Below are positions 1 to 9,474 of a stretch of 43,584 nucleotides of DNA, piece by piece. Positions within the stretch are counted from its first letter, which is position 1. Each line of letters starts with the position of its first letter. The stretch comes from Nitrospinota bacterium (lineage in GTDB: Bacteria; Nitrospinota; Nitrospinia; Nitrospinales; VA-1). The stretch lies in assembly GCA_038108555.1 (NCBI GenBank), contig JAYNIA010000020.1:1-43584 (forward strand), given 5' to 3'. The notes below the pieces were generated by a model, which saw nothing but the letters and a program-made list of their open reading frames with translations, had not been told where the DNA came from and did no database searches. Position numbers and translations under genes: made by a program.

Positions 1-1032
1 GACAACCATTTCTAAATATTTTTTCTTTGAGGTCTCATTCAAGGTATCTAATTGCATTATTATGGTTTGCGATACTCTTAAAAGTTCCTCTAATGTGTTG
101 CGAATGTCTAAAAAAGATTGAGCGATTTGGCGGGTTTTAAAATAAAAAAGAGTTTTCGCTTTTTCTGCGTCCTTTTTAAATATTCTTTCCGCATTTTTTT
201 TCAATACGCTATTCGGATTTGATGGTTCAGTCTGTGCCAAATATCGAAACTTATAGTTTGTTGAGTTCTTTAGTTCTTCCTCTGTTTTGATAGTTTCGTT
301 AAAATCATTATTGTAATCTTCGTTAAATATTCCGTTGATCGGTCTAATATATTTTTTATTATTTTCCTTTCCGGTCGCCGTAAGGAACAGTTTATACCCG
401 TAAGCTAATTTGGCATCTTTAATATTTGAACATTTCTTCTCCTCGCTAGGGTTTTTTTCCTGACATTTCCAAGTCTCTTTTATTTCTTCTTTCAGGCTTT
501 TTTCTAACTGCTCCCATATTTTTTTGTCTTTGTGCTGTTGTTCGCTATTTGGTTCAAGAATCGCTCCTGCTTTATCTAAATCACTGAGGAGACGCCAGGT
601 TTTTTGAATTAATCCATCAAATTGGGGGTCAATAATTTGTTTGTCATCATAGAGACTGAGAATGTCGTTGATCGTTTTAGCTTCCTCCGAACAAAAATTA
701 TATCCTTTCTCGGTAGCTCCATGTCCCGGTATATGTAATGTATATTCAAATTGCTCTATCAGGTCCTTATCCGGATTGGTATGTGTTCTCTGGTAGCAAA
801 CTTCTTTGTAATTTTCCAGTTCGCTTCTCTCTAGTTTGTCTCTCAATTTTATTAAAAGAGGTTTTGCACCTGTGGCCATTACTGCGGTTTGTTCCGTCAA
901 TATTGCTTCATCATTTACCAGGGAGCCTTTGTAAACATCCACATCCAGGGTCAGGGCAGCACAGCCTGAAATTAATATTGCCAGTGCAAGAGCAAAACTA
1001 TATTTAATTAGATTTCTATAATTAATGACCAT
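1..1032 (-). CDS. Hypothetical lipoprotein, partial (>=344 aa, runs off the left edge); missing from the ORF track
   Basis: Manual translation from ATG 1032 is open to position 1: MVINYRNLIKYSFALALAILISGC-AALTLDVDVYKGSLVNDEAILTEQTAVMATGAKPLL... Lipobox ISGC; AAAGGA RBS at 1041-1046; alternative in-frame ATG at 1041. Confidence 0.85.
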   Translation of the reverse strand, partial: MVINYRNLIKYSFALALAILISGCAALTLDVDVYKGSLVNDEAILTEQTAVMATGAKPLLIKLRDKLERSELENYKEVCYQRTHTNPDKDLIEQFEYTLHIPGHGATEKGYNFCSEEAKTINDILSLYDDKQIIDPQFDGLIQKTWRLLSDLDKAGAILEPNSEQQHKDKKIWEQLEKSLKEEIKETWKCQEKNPSEEKKCSNIKDAKLAYGYKLFLTATGKENNKKYIRPINGIFNEDYNNDFNETIKTEEELKNSTNYKFRYLAQTEPSNPNSVLKKNAERIFKKDAEKAKTLFYFKTRQIAQSFLDIRNTLEELLRVSQTIIMQLDTLNETSKKKYLEMVV

Positions 1033-1050
1033 TTTCGTCATCCTTTAGAA

Positions 1051-1707
1051 TTAGTGGCAGTTTTTGGTAGTGGCCAACCTGAGTTGCAGGGCGGTCAGGT
1101 TTTGTTTTTCGTTTTTGATTTTGATCATTTCTTTCAACAGATCATTTTTCAAACCCGATTCAAGTTGTTCTATTCGGGCGCGACCGACGGTTCCCAAAGC
1201 TTCATCAATGGCTGAAAAAAATGCTTCTGGGCTCCCCCCCATCACCATGACCAGTCTATGGTCTTTGGGGGCTTCGCGAAACCCTTCTGGACCGAACATC
1301 ATTAGTCTTCTTCCTGTCTTGAGTTTTGACAGGGTTTCTCCGGCAGCTGCTTCCGATTTGGGACGTCCGGTGGCAGGGTCGAAACCAACGGAGGTATTCA
1401 GGGAATCGATCATTTCTGCTGGAACCCAGCCGGAACCAAATCGCATGGAGCTGATTGCGCTTGCCTGTCCACGAACCGTTACGCGGTAGATAGTGGGTGG
1501 GACTTGTTCCTGAGGATCGAATACTCCCAGATAATAAACCTGCTCTATATCGTTGGAAGGTATTGTTGCCAAATAGGTAGTTGCGACAACTCCACCTGCC
1601 GAACCTCCTAAAATTTCACCATTTGAACAGGTGCTTCCTACGGTCGTAAAACCAATCAACAAGAGTAATGCTAATAACTTTAATGGATGGTTGTAGTAAG
1701 ACCCCAT
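1051..1707 (-). CDS. Hypothetical exported protein (218 aa) with C-terminal coiled coil
   Basis: AAAGGGG RBS; hydrophobic signal-like N-terminus ending GSTC; helical C-terminus; 18 nt upstream of the lipoprotein gene. Confidence 0.8.
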   Translation of the reverse strand: MGSYYNHPLKLLALLLLIGFTTVGSTCSNGEILGGSAGGVVATTYLATIPSNDIEQVYYLGVFDPQEQVPPTIYRVTVRGQASAISSMRFGSGWVPAEMIDSLNTSVGFDPATGRPKSEAAAGETLSKLKTGRRLMMFGPEGFREAPKDHRLVMVMGGSPEAFFSAIDEALGTVGRARIEQLESGLKNDLLKEMIKIKNEKQNLTALQLRLATTKNCH

Positions 1708-1926
1708 GACGAATCCCCTTTGAAATCAAACAAAGCTTCTGTTTTGTTGGAAATATTTGGAATTAAAAATTATTTGGTTTTTTGAATGTGGAAATTATAT
1801 GGGGGATGACTGAAAAGGCAACAAAAAATTGCGATAAAACAAGGGTTTTTGGGGTAATGGAAAAGGGAGGGGTAGGAGAATCAAATAGATAAGGGGATAA
1901 AAAAAAGCAATAATTGGAACTTTAAA

Positions 1927-2373
1927 TTATCCCAGGGCGCGGATGACATCGCGTTTTCCGATAACGCCAACCAGTTTGTCTCCATCCAGGACGGGTAGGG
2001 TATGAATGTCTTTATCTGCCATGAGGGTGGTTATTTCATCAACAGGTGTTTTGGGTCCAACGGAGATTGCATGCTTGTGATAGATATCTTCCACCGTGGT
2101 TCCTGTCAGTTTTTTTACATCGGACTCAAATTTCTTCTCACTGTCCAGAAATAGAACCGCATCAAATAAAGCGATCGCGGTTGGAATATGCAGATTTTTG
2201 TTTTGTTCAATTAAATCCCCTTGAGTGACCACTCCAATGACCTTATTGTCATCGTCTACTACCGGGACTCCGTTGAATCGATTTTCAACGAAAAGTTTTG
2301 ATAACTCCTTTATGGGTAAATTTTTATTTACGGTCACGACCGACCGGGTCATTATTTCTTCAGCGGTTTTCAT
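1927..2373 (-). CDS. CBS-domain pair protein
   Basis: Two CBS motifs (IMTRSVVTV...GVPVVD...GVVTQGDL; LPVLDGDKLVGVIGKRD). Confidence 0.9.
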   Translation of the reverse strand: MKTAEEIMTRSVVTVNKNLPIKELSKLFVENRFNGVPVVDDDNKVIGVVTQGDLIEQNKNLHIPTAIALFDAVLFLDSEKKFESDVKKLTGTTVEDIYHKHAISVGPKTPVDEITTLMADKDIHTLPVLDGDKLVGVIGKRDVIRALG

Positions 2374-2414
2374 AGTAACTCTCCATTCAAAATCTTTTTT
2401 TTGATTACGCTTTT

Positions 2415-3692
2415 TTATTTTTTATTAATGGCTTCCTTGCGCAAACTGGAAATATCATCCAAAGTTGGCGGTTGGGACTTAACCCTTCTTGCTGGTATTT
2501 TAGATTTGTTTTTCTTTTTAAATATTCCCCTGGTTTTTTCGTAAATGGTGAGCCATAGGTCGCTTAACTTTTCTAGTGCCTTAAAGGGAACTTCTTTTTG
2601 CATTTTATAGCTGGAATATACAACCAAAACCAAAAGAATCAAGTTTGGAATCCACACAGAGGTGTAGGAATGCAGTTCTCCAATCCGACCAAGATTTTGT
2701 GTCATGATCAAAGCGATGTAATAAAGCAGGATCACCAATACAGTAATTCCAAAACTACCGGATTTCCCAGACCGGCTGGATTTAACCCCCAAAGGCGCAC
2801 CAAAAAAAGCAAACAACAGGCAGGTGAAGGGAAGGGAGAATTTTTTGCTGATTTCTACTTCTGCTCCTGCAGTGGGGAGTCCCTTTTTCTTTAGCTCTTG
2901 TATCCTTTCTTTTATCTTTGCCATAGAAAGTTCTTTATTCCCTACCAGTGCTTTTTTTTCCAGTTTTTCCGTTTCCGGTAAACTTAATGTGATGTCGTAT
3001 CTATCGAAATTCAGTGTTTGATAGTTTCCCCGGTCCTTACTAAGTTCATGTATTGTTCCTTCGCTCAGCTTTAACTGAATTTTTAGAGTTTCCGGATTGG
3101 AATAGATTAATCCTTTGTCAGAAGTGATAAATTGGGGTGTTTCTTTTTCACTGGTATCGGCTATAAAAACTCCTTTTAGCAGGGAATTTTGATTATGTTC
3201 TTTGACCAGTAGAATCAGGTTTTTAAAATCCCGGTTGAAAACATTAGGTTTGATATCAACATTTGCCCGGTTTTTTATGATGTCGTATATTAAGATTTTG
3301 TAAGATTGGTTTCCCCAGGGTAATGCCCAAAACATTATTATATTTGCCAGAATATAGGCCATGAAGGCGAAGCAGGCGACAGGTTTCATGAGTTCCAGAA
3401 AACTCCAGTTGCAGGCTTTCATGGCGATCCATTCATTGTTTGCAGAAAACTGGTTGAATGTAACAACAGATGCAAAAAGAACTCCCATAGGAATGGTCAG
3501 GGCAAGAAATGCCGGTGAGATATAAACCATCATCATCCCCATTTCCATTAGGGAGACCCCACGGTTGACAATCATCTCAGCCATGAATAAAAATTTGTCA
3601 AGATAGAGGACAGTGGTCAGGGCTCCGGTGCTTATAATGAAAAGCTTGATCAGTTCATTAAATATGTATCTGTCTATGGTTTTGAAAAACAT
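2415..3692 (-). CDS. lptF: LPS export ABC transporter permease, LptF/LptG family
   Basis: IDRYI N-terminus, 3 TM + periplasmic domain + 3 TM, NEWIAMKAC motif, C-terminal WIPNL. Confidence 0.85.
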   Translation of the reverse strand: MFFKTIDRYIFNELIKLFIISTGALTTVLYLDKFLFMAEMIVNRGVSLMEMGMMMVYISPAFLALTIPMGVLFASVVTFNQFSANNEWIAMKACNWSFLELMKPVACFAFMAYILANIIMFWALPWGNQSYKILIYDIIKNRANVDIKPNVFNRDFKNLILLVKEHNQNSLLKGVFIADTSEKETPQFITSDKGLIYSNPETLKIQLKLSEGTIHELSKDRGNYQTLNFDRYDITLSLPETEKLEKKALVGNKELSMAKIKERIQELKKKGLPTAGAEVEISKKFSLPFTCLLFAFFGAPLGVKSSRSGKSGSFGITVLVILLYYIALIMTQNLGRIGELHSYTSVWIPNLILLVLVVYSSYKMQKEVPFKALEKLSDLWLTIYEKTRGIFKKKNKSKIPARRVKSQPPTLDDISSLRKEAINKK

Positions 3693-3823
3693 GAGGTAAT
3701 AGAGACCTTTTGTGTTTTTTGAATTTTGGAAAGTGGAGCTGGGGAAGGGGGCCTTCCTTTATCTCTATAATGTAATTATACTACAAACTTTGAAAGTTTA
3801 CGTTTACCCCTTTTAAATAAAAT

Positions 3824-4708
3824 ATGACTGCAAAAACAGAGAAGTTTCCGAGAAAGCGATTACCTGATTGGCTGAAAACTCCACTCCCCAAAAATAAAAA
3901 CTTTTTCCAATTAAAAGCGCTGGTTGAAAAACATAATTTAAATACGGTTTGTGAGTCTGCGTCCTGTCCCAATATCGGAACCTGTTGGGATGCAGGAACT
4001 CTTACGTTTATGATACTTGGAGACAGCTGCAGTCGCGCCTGCCGATTTTGCGATGTCGAGACTGGAAATTTAATGGCTCCCGATCCAAATGAACCTCAAA
4101 ACATTGCCAATACATTATCAAAACTGAACCTGCGCTATGCAGTGATTACCTCTGTGGACAGAGATGACTTAAAAGATGGTGGAGCCGAACATTGGGTGAA
4201 AACCATCCGACATGTTCGGTCCAAGTGCCCACAAATGAAAATTGAAACTTTAATTCCTGATTTCCAGGGGGACTTGCAGCTGGTTGAAAAAATTTGCGAT
4301 GCTAAACCGGATGTCCTTGCTCACAATCTGGAAACTGTGGAATCTTTGCAAAGTAAGATTCGTCCACAATGCCGTTATTCCTGGTCTTTGGATACATTAA
4401 GGACTGCTGCAAAAAAAGATCAGCTTATTGTTAAAAGTAGTCTGATGTTGGGAGTCGGAGAAAAAGAAGAGGAAGTCATCTGTTCTATGAAGGATCTGGT
4501 GGATTCAGGTTGTCAAATTCTTTCGTTGGGACAATATCTTCGCCCATCACCTCGTCACCTTGAAGTTGTTGAATTCATCCATCCAGATCGATTTTTAAAA
4601 TATAAAGAAATTGGAGAGGCTTTAGGGTTGTCCCATGTCGAATCGGGTCCTTTAGTACGCAGTTCCTATTTGGCAGATCAACAAGCCCGGTCGGCAGGTT
4701 TGGTGTGA
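3824..4708 (+). CDS. lipA: Lipoyl synthase
   Basis: CESASCPNIGTCW auxiliary cluster motif, CSRACRFC radical SAM motif, C-terminal RSSY. Confidence 0.97.
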   Translation: MTAKTEKFPRKRLPDWLKTPLPKNKNFFQLKALVEKHNLNTVCESASCPNIGTCWDAGTLTFMILGDSCSRACRFCDVETGNLMAPDPNEPQNIANTLSKLNLRYAVITSVDRDDLKDGGAEHWVKTIRHVRSKCPQMKIETLIPDFQGDLQLVEKICDAKPDVLAHNLETVESLQSKIRPQCRYSWSLDTLRTAAKKDQLIVKSSLMLGVGEKEEEVICSMKDLVDSGCQILSLGQYLRPSPRHLEVVEFIHPDRFLKYKEIGEALGLSHVESGPLVRSSYLADQQARSAGLV

Positions 4709-4721
4709 TGGCAGTTAGTGA

Positions 4722-5567
4722 TCAGGCGGGTTGAATAAAAAGCTCCACCGTTTTGTTGTATGTGATTTGAGTTTTTTCCTGTAATTCTTTTAAATCAATC
4801 TGATCGTTAAGTGGAACATTTTCCTAGGCTTCTTCCAAAATAGTTTGCGAGACTTCCCCTTCGCCGCTGGAACCCAACTGCAGGTTGTTTGCAAGTATAT
4901 CTGCAAAATTAATAATGGATGCTTCAAAAGCATAATTTGGAGAATGGTTGGGTTTATGGTGAAAGGCTGCCAATTCCACATGGAAATCTGAAAGATTCCA
5001 TTTTTTTAAGATACAGGCTCCCAGATCCGCATGGTCAAATCCCAACTCTTCCTTTTCTAAAATATCAATTTGCTCCGGGACCGATTCCCGATCCAATAAG
5101 AACTTCATTGTTAATAAAGGAAGCTTGGAACATAAGACAACCTGGCCAATATCATGGAGCATTCCAGCCACAAAGAACTTTTCCGGTTCTAAAGATTTTC
5201 TATAAGATGCCAGTTCTTTGGCAATCACAGGCCACGGAGTGTTGCCAAAATGACTCCATATTGATAACAGACTCGGGGATGGATTTGAATTGATCAGTAA
5301 CGACCGTGGAGAGTACCAGGTAGCTTAATTGTTCTGTACCCACTACTCGGATAGCATCAGATATTTTTTAATCCGTTTGGGAAAACAATAATAGGCACTG
5401 TTTACAATTTTGAGCAGTCGGGCCGTCAGTCCGCTGTCGTAGAGGATGATTTCACCAATTTCGGCGAAGGAGGTATGGTCGGAAGCCATGGCTTCCTGAA
5501 ACTGGTAATAAACACCAGGTAGAGAGGCAATAGATAAATCATCATCTACGAGAGATTGGATGTCCAC
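4722..5567 (-). pseudogene. HDOD-domain protein pseudogene (two frameshifts and one nonsense codon)
   Basis: Reconstructs as ...ARLLKIVNSAYYCFPKRIK / ISDAIRVVGTEQL...ESFWQHSVAC / IAKELA...AGMLHDIG...ILEEA*ENVPL...FIQPA*. Shifts near 5365 (A run) and near 5228; in-frame TAG at 4824-4826; natural stop TGA at 4722-4724. Confidence 0.85.
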
Positions 5568-5721
5568 TGTATAGTTCCTAAAAAGTTTGGATATCCAGGC
5601 TCCCCGTTCCTGATTATCTGCTGATATTATCGGAGCATTCTACATTGGCGCTCTCTATAAATCCACATGAATCATTGAAAAATCATGTTTTATCGGAACT
5701 GGCGAAGTTTGGATAGTGTTA

Positions 5722-5737
5722 TGGCACGTTGCTTGCT
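5722..5737 (+). promoter_or_regulatory. Sigma54 (-24/-12) promoter
   Basis: TGGCACGTTGCTTGCT matches TGGCACG-N4-TTGCT with GG-N10-GC spacing; about 50 nt upstream of ATG 5788. Confidence 0.8.
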
Positions 5738-5787
5738 ATTTTACATTTGCAGGGAAAAACGTCAAAAAATTGCCATTAGGGAAGGTA

Positions 5788-6555
5788 ATGTTGGATTTAA
5801 ATTTTATAGAGCAATTGCAATCGGCGATGGGTTCTTCGCCGAAATCTCAAAAAGAAAAATTGTCGAGTGACCGGTTTTATTCTTTGCTCATAAAGCACCA
5901 GCTAAATATGATGGATGCTTGGAATCCTTCCAAACCGGATAGTTCCACAGGGTCAGGTAACCTTGCTGAAACTCTTTTGAACTTGAAAAAAATCTCCAAT
6001 TTTTCAGCAATCCCCGGCAAATTAAAAACTCAAAAAGTATTGCAAAGTTACCAACAGGCAAGCATCTCAAAAGCCGGTTTTTCGGATGTTGATTCGTTGA
6101 CGGAACTTGCGAATCGAGTGGCTAAAAAACATAATGTTCCCGAGTCGTTGTTCCAAAAATTAATTCAAACGGAGTCTTCATTTAATCCCAAAGCAAAAAG
6201 TCCAAGAGGGGCCATGGGCCTTGGACAATTGATGCCAGGGACGGCTGAGGAACTGGGTTTGAGCTTGAAGGAAGAACCTTCTATTGGTTCGGTCTGGCAC
6301 CCAGAGTCCAATCTGGACGCTTCTGCCAGATATTTACGCAAGTTATATGATAAATATACGGGGCAGGGAATTTCCCCGGATGAAGCCTGGAGTTTTGCTG
6401 CAGGGGCCTACAATGCTGGAATGGGAAATATTGGCCGGGCAATGGAAAAGGCGGGTACTGTGGAAAAATGGGATCAGGTAGCTGCAGTATTGCCACAAAT
6501 TACCGGAAAGCACTCCTCCGAAACCATTCGCTACGTGAACCGTTTACGCGCCTAA
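5788..6555 (+). CDS. Lytic transglycosylase (SLT domain), no signal peptide
   Basis: IQTES catalytic Glu, AMGLGQLM and AYNAG motifs, ETIRYV. Start moved to ATG 5788 (GGAAGG RBS, downstream of the sigma54 site). Confidence 0.88.
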   Translation: MLDLNFIEQLQSAMGSSPKSQKEKLSSDRFYSLLIKHQLNMMDAWNPSKPDSSTGSGNLAETLLNLKKISNFSAIPGKLKTQKVLQSYQQASISKAGFSDVDSLTELANRVAKKHNVPESLFQKLIQTESSFNPKAKSPRGAMGLGQLMPGTAEELGLSLKEEPSIGSVWHPESNLDASARYLRKLYDKYTGQGISPDEAWSFAAGAYNAGMGNIGRAMEKAGTVEKWDQVAAVLPQITGKHSSETIRYVNRLRA

Positions 6556-7685
6556 TTTTTTTCTGTAATTTTTTCGATATAACCCATTAGCCTGGCTTTC
6601 CAATCAAAAACAAACCGCTCTTTATCTTTCAAGGTTGATTCAAGCAGATTCTGGTAATAGTTCTCGTCTTCTATGAGGCGATTTATTTTTGCAGCAAGAA
6701 TCTGGGGGGAGTCGGGCGGAAAATGTTGCTCCTCATTTTGAATCACATCGGTGTTTTCTGAAATGGAGCTTACGAGACAGGGCAACTCGCAGGTAGTTGC
6801 CTCCAGAAGGGACTCTGCCATACCTTCTCTTAAGGAGGGGAAGATAAACAAGTCAGAACCCTGAACCAGTTCTCTCGCATCTTTCCTCCACCCTGTGAAG
6901 ATGACCCTTTGGGAATTTCCAGTATTTTCAGCCAATTTAGTTAATGAATCTTTTTCTTCTCCTTCGCCAATCAGCAAGAGCACACATTTTTCATTTTTTA
7001 CTTCTGTTAAAGCTTGAATAATGCAATCAAGATTTTTTCTTTTTTGCAACAATCCCGTATTGGAAATGATAAAAGAATCGGAGGGGAGCAAAAACTCATC
7101 CAGAATCCTTTGCCTCTGCTGTTTTTTATTAAACTCGGGAGCATCTACATGATTGGGAAGGACCTCAACTTTTTTAGCATGGCTACCATAAAGTTTTTTC
7201 CAGGCTTCACCGCTTCCCCAGGAGTTTGCAAGCGAAATGTTGGACCATCTTAACCCACACTTTTCCAAAAACTTTTCCAGCCTTCGAAATATTTTGAAGT
7301 CAGCGTTCCATTCCGCATGAAAGTTGGGTTTGATTAATATTAAAGACAACATGGGAACCTGCAACAACCATTTGGCGGGAGCGCAGAAAAAAGCGTAGAG
7401 TGGCGAGCCTGTGGTGATCAGGTTAATTTTATTTTTGATCCCCACCCATATTAAAACAAACGGACTGATTGAAAAAAAATAGCCCCAAAAAAATAAAGAG
7501 TCGTATTGTGAAAAGGGCGTCCAGAGAATATGGGGCTTTAAATTTGGATGAGAATAGGGGTAAGGTTCAACGGCTATGTAATGAACCTCCCATTCATTAT
7601 CAAGAAAAGCCTCTATTTTGAATTTTAACCGACGGCAAAATCCACCGGGTTTGTGTTTGTAATAAATCGTTAATATGCGGCGCAT
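6552..7685 (-). CDS. Glycosyltransferase family 4
   Basis: DLFIFPSLREGMAESLLEA (Ex7E) GT-B motif. Confidence 0.9.
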   Translation of the reverse strand: MRRILTIYYKHKPGGFCRRLKFKIEAFLDNEWEVHYIAVEPYPYSHPNLKPHILWTPFSQYDSLFFWGYFFSISPFVLIWVGIKNKINLITTGSPLYAFFCAPAKWLLQVPMLSLILIKPNFHAEWNADFKIFRRLEKFLEKCGLRWSNISLANSWGSGEAWKKLYGSHAKKVEVLPNHVDAPEFNKKQQRQRILDEFLLPSDSFIISNTGLLQKRKNLDCIIQALTEVKNEKCVLLLIGEGEEKDSLTKLAENTGNSQRVIFTGWRKDARELVQGSDLFIFPSLREGMAESLLEATTCELPCLVSSISENTDVIQNEEQHFPPDSPQILAAKINRLIEDENYYQNLLESTLKDKERFVFDWKARLMGYIEKITEKN

Positions 7686-8894
7686 TTACTTTTGTGAGTC
7701 GGACAGGATTTTTCGATAAAGAGACAATAACTTTTCAGCCTGCGCTTTCCAGTTGCCATACTGATGGTTTACTTTTCTTGCTCCCGCTTCCCCTAAAGAG
7801 ATTTGAAGTTCTTTATCGTGAGTCAACTTTCCCAGTTTTTCCATCAAGTCGGTTTTTGAATTTGGATCAAAGAGCAAACCCTCCACGTTGTCCTGAATGA
7901 GTTCCGGTATTCCTCCGACTTTAGAGGCAATAACCGGAAGGCCGCATGCCATGGCTTCAAGTAAGGCATTAGGTGTTCCTTCGTTTCGACTGGGAAGGAC
8001 AAAAATATCAGCTGCATTCAACCACTTGCAAAGTGTCTGGTGATCTTGAAACCCTAATAGTTTAACTCTTTCTGAAACTCCTGATCTCTCAATCTGTTTT
8101 TCAAGAGCAAGACGTTCTTCTCCATCTCCAACGATAAATAACCTCCACGATTCGTGAGCTGGGGATATTTCTTTAAAAGCATCAACGAGTAGTGAATGGT
8201 TTTTATTTTTATTCAAGCTTCCCGTTGAAATGAGAATTTTGTCATTAATGTTTAAATTTAGATTTCTTTTGGACTCTTCATTATTTCGAGGTTGAAAAAG
8301 TTCCAAGTCGATGCCGTTTCTAATTAAGTGGATTTTTTCTTCATTAAAGCCTTTTCCAATTAAAAATGATTTTAAGTCAGCCTCTTCACAAATAATTGCA
8401 CTGGTTTTTTTCAAAAATTTAAGAATAAGGCTTGAAAGGATGGGAATCTGCGCTACAAGTTTATCAGAACCCCACAACGTTATGACAACAGGACGGGATT
8501 TTATACAACCGATAGAAGATGCAACTATTCCCGAAGCCGACCAGAAGGCATGAATTAGCTGAGATTTACGGGCCGACCGTAGGGCAGTTAAAAAGAAATT
8601 TGAAATCAAGAAAGTCAATTGAAGCCATGCTAACTGTCTTTTTTGGTTTACGATTCCAGAACCATACGCCAGGGTTTGCATGTGTCGAGGAAAAAAATAA
8701 GGGAAACGGACAATCTTGAAGTTTTCTGAAAGAGATTGAGAGGCGGGGTCATCTGGAACAATTACCTCCAACTTGACGCCTTGTTCCGATAATTCTCGGG
8801 CGAAATGATAAACAAAGTTTCCAGAAAAATCTCCGTCGAAACGGGGAAAGGAAGTGCTCAGGAGGCTGACATTAATTTGACTTCTTTGTTCCAT
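7686..8894 (-). CDS. Glycosyltransferase family 4
   Basis: DIFVLPSRNEGTPNALLEAMACG motif; abuts the next GT gene; ATG 8894 (alternative TTG 8900). Confidence 0.9.
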   Translation of the reverse strand: MEQRSQINVSLLSTSFPRFDGDFSGNFVYHFARELSEQGVKLEVIVPDDPASQSLSENFKIVRFPYFFPRHMQTLAYGSGIVNQKRQLAWLQLTFLISNFFLTALRSARKSQLIHAFWSASGIVASSIGCIKSRPVVITLWGSDKLVAQIPILSSLILKFLKKTSAIICEEADLKSFLIGKGFNEEKIHLIRNGIDLELFQPRNNEESKRNLNLNINDKILISTGSLNKNKNHSLLVDAFKEISPAHESWRLFIVGDGEERLALEKQIERSGVSERVKLLGFQDHQTLCKWLNAADIFVLPSRNEGTPNALLEAMACGLPVIASKVGGIPELIQDNVEGLLFDPNSKTDLMEKLGKLTHDKELQISLGEAGARKVNHQYGNWKAQAEKLLSLYRKILSDSQK

Positions 8895-8933
8895 TGTCAA
8901 ATCATACCAGTTATTCCGGTTTAAATGCCGTCC

Positions 8934-9113
8934 TTATAGTTTTACGATTAGGGACTTAGCCAATACCAGGCTCTGGAATCTTCCCTTCTCCTTTGCACCT
9001 TTTGATTCACTAATACTCTTTTGTGGTTCCCGTTTTTTTATTCTTCTGTTGCCGAAGGTTTCTTTTAAATAGGAAGCAACGATTTCTTTACCACTTTCCG
9101 AGATATCAAACAT
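8934..9113 (-). CDS. Small basic hypothetical protein (59 aa)
   Basis: MFDISESGKEIVASYLKETFGNRRIKKREPQK...KSLIVKL*; GGGGG RBS; upstream TTGACA-N16-GATAAT; below the ORF track cutoff. Confidence 0.5.
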   Translation of the reverse strand: MFDISESGKEIVASYLKETFGNRRIKKREPQKSISESKGAKEKGRFQSLVLAKSLIVKL

Positions 9114-9350
9114 AATTGACCCCCATTTGGATTCATAAAATCCCCATTTTTCCCCCTGATCGGGAGAAAAACCCCAGAACCCGTCATTAAAATTTTAGGA
9201 AATATCTGTCTATTATCCACATATCTCCTTATTTGTCAATAACTTATATTAGGCCGGGTGGATCGTGCCTTCTTCTTGGTATATTATGAGGAAAAGGATA
9301 AACTCTATTCTTTTGATTTAGCGTTTAACTATTTAAAAGGAGTACGCCAG

Positions 9351-9443
9351 ATGAGTTTGAGTATGGTGATCGCCGTTGGGTTGGGTGGTGTGATTGCGTT
9401 TACGGTTATTTATTATTTTATCACGGAGTGGAATGCAGATTAG
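9351..9443 (+). CDS. Small single-TM membrane peptide (30 aa)
   Basis: AAAGGAG RBS 8 nt before ATG; MSLSMVIAVGLGGVIAFTVIYYFITEWNAD. Confidence 0.6.
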   Translation: MSLSMVIAVGLGGVIAFTVIYYFITEWNAD

Positions 9444-9474
9444 GGAATTTATGATTCACCAGTCTTGAGTGTTT

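Noticed and set aside
738..1007. 89-aa plus-strand ORF, and the many other short antisense or alternate-frame ORFs in the track
   Set aside because: They overlap well-supported genes (here the left-edge lipoprotein) and show no motifs or RBS.
4824..4826. In-frame TAG as possible pyrrolysine or read-through
   Set aside because: The same gene has two frameshifts; a TGG-to-TAG nonsense change in a pseudogene is simpler.
9213..9221. DnaA box as a sign of oriC
   Set aside because: Only one box, with no cluster, unwinding element or dnaA/gidA context.
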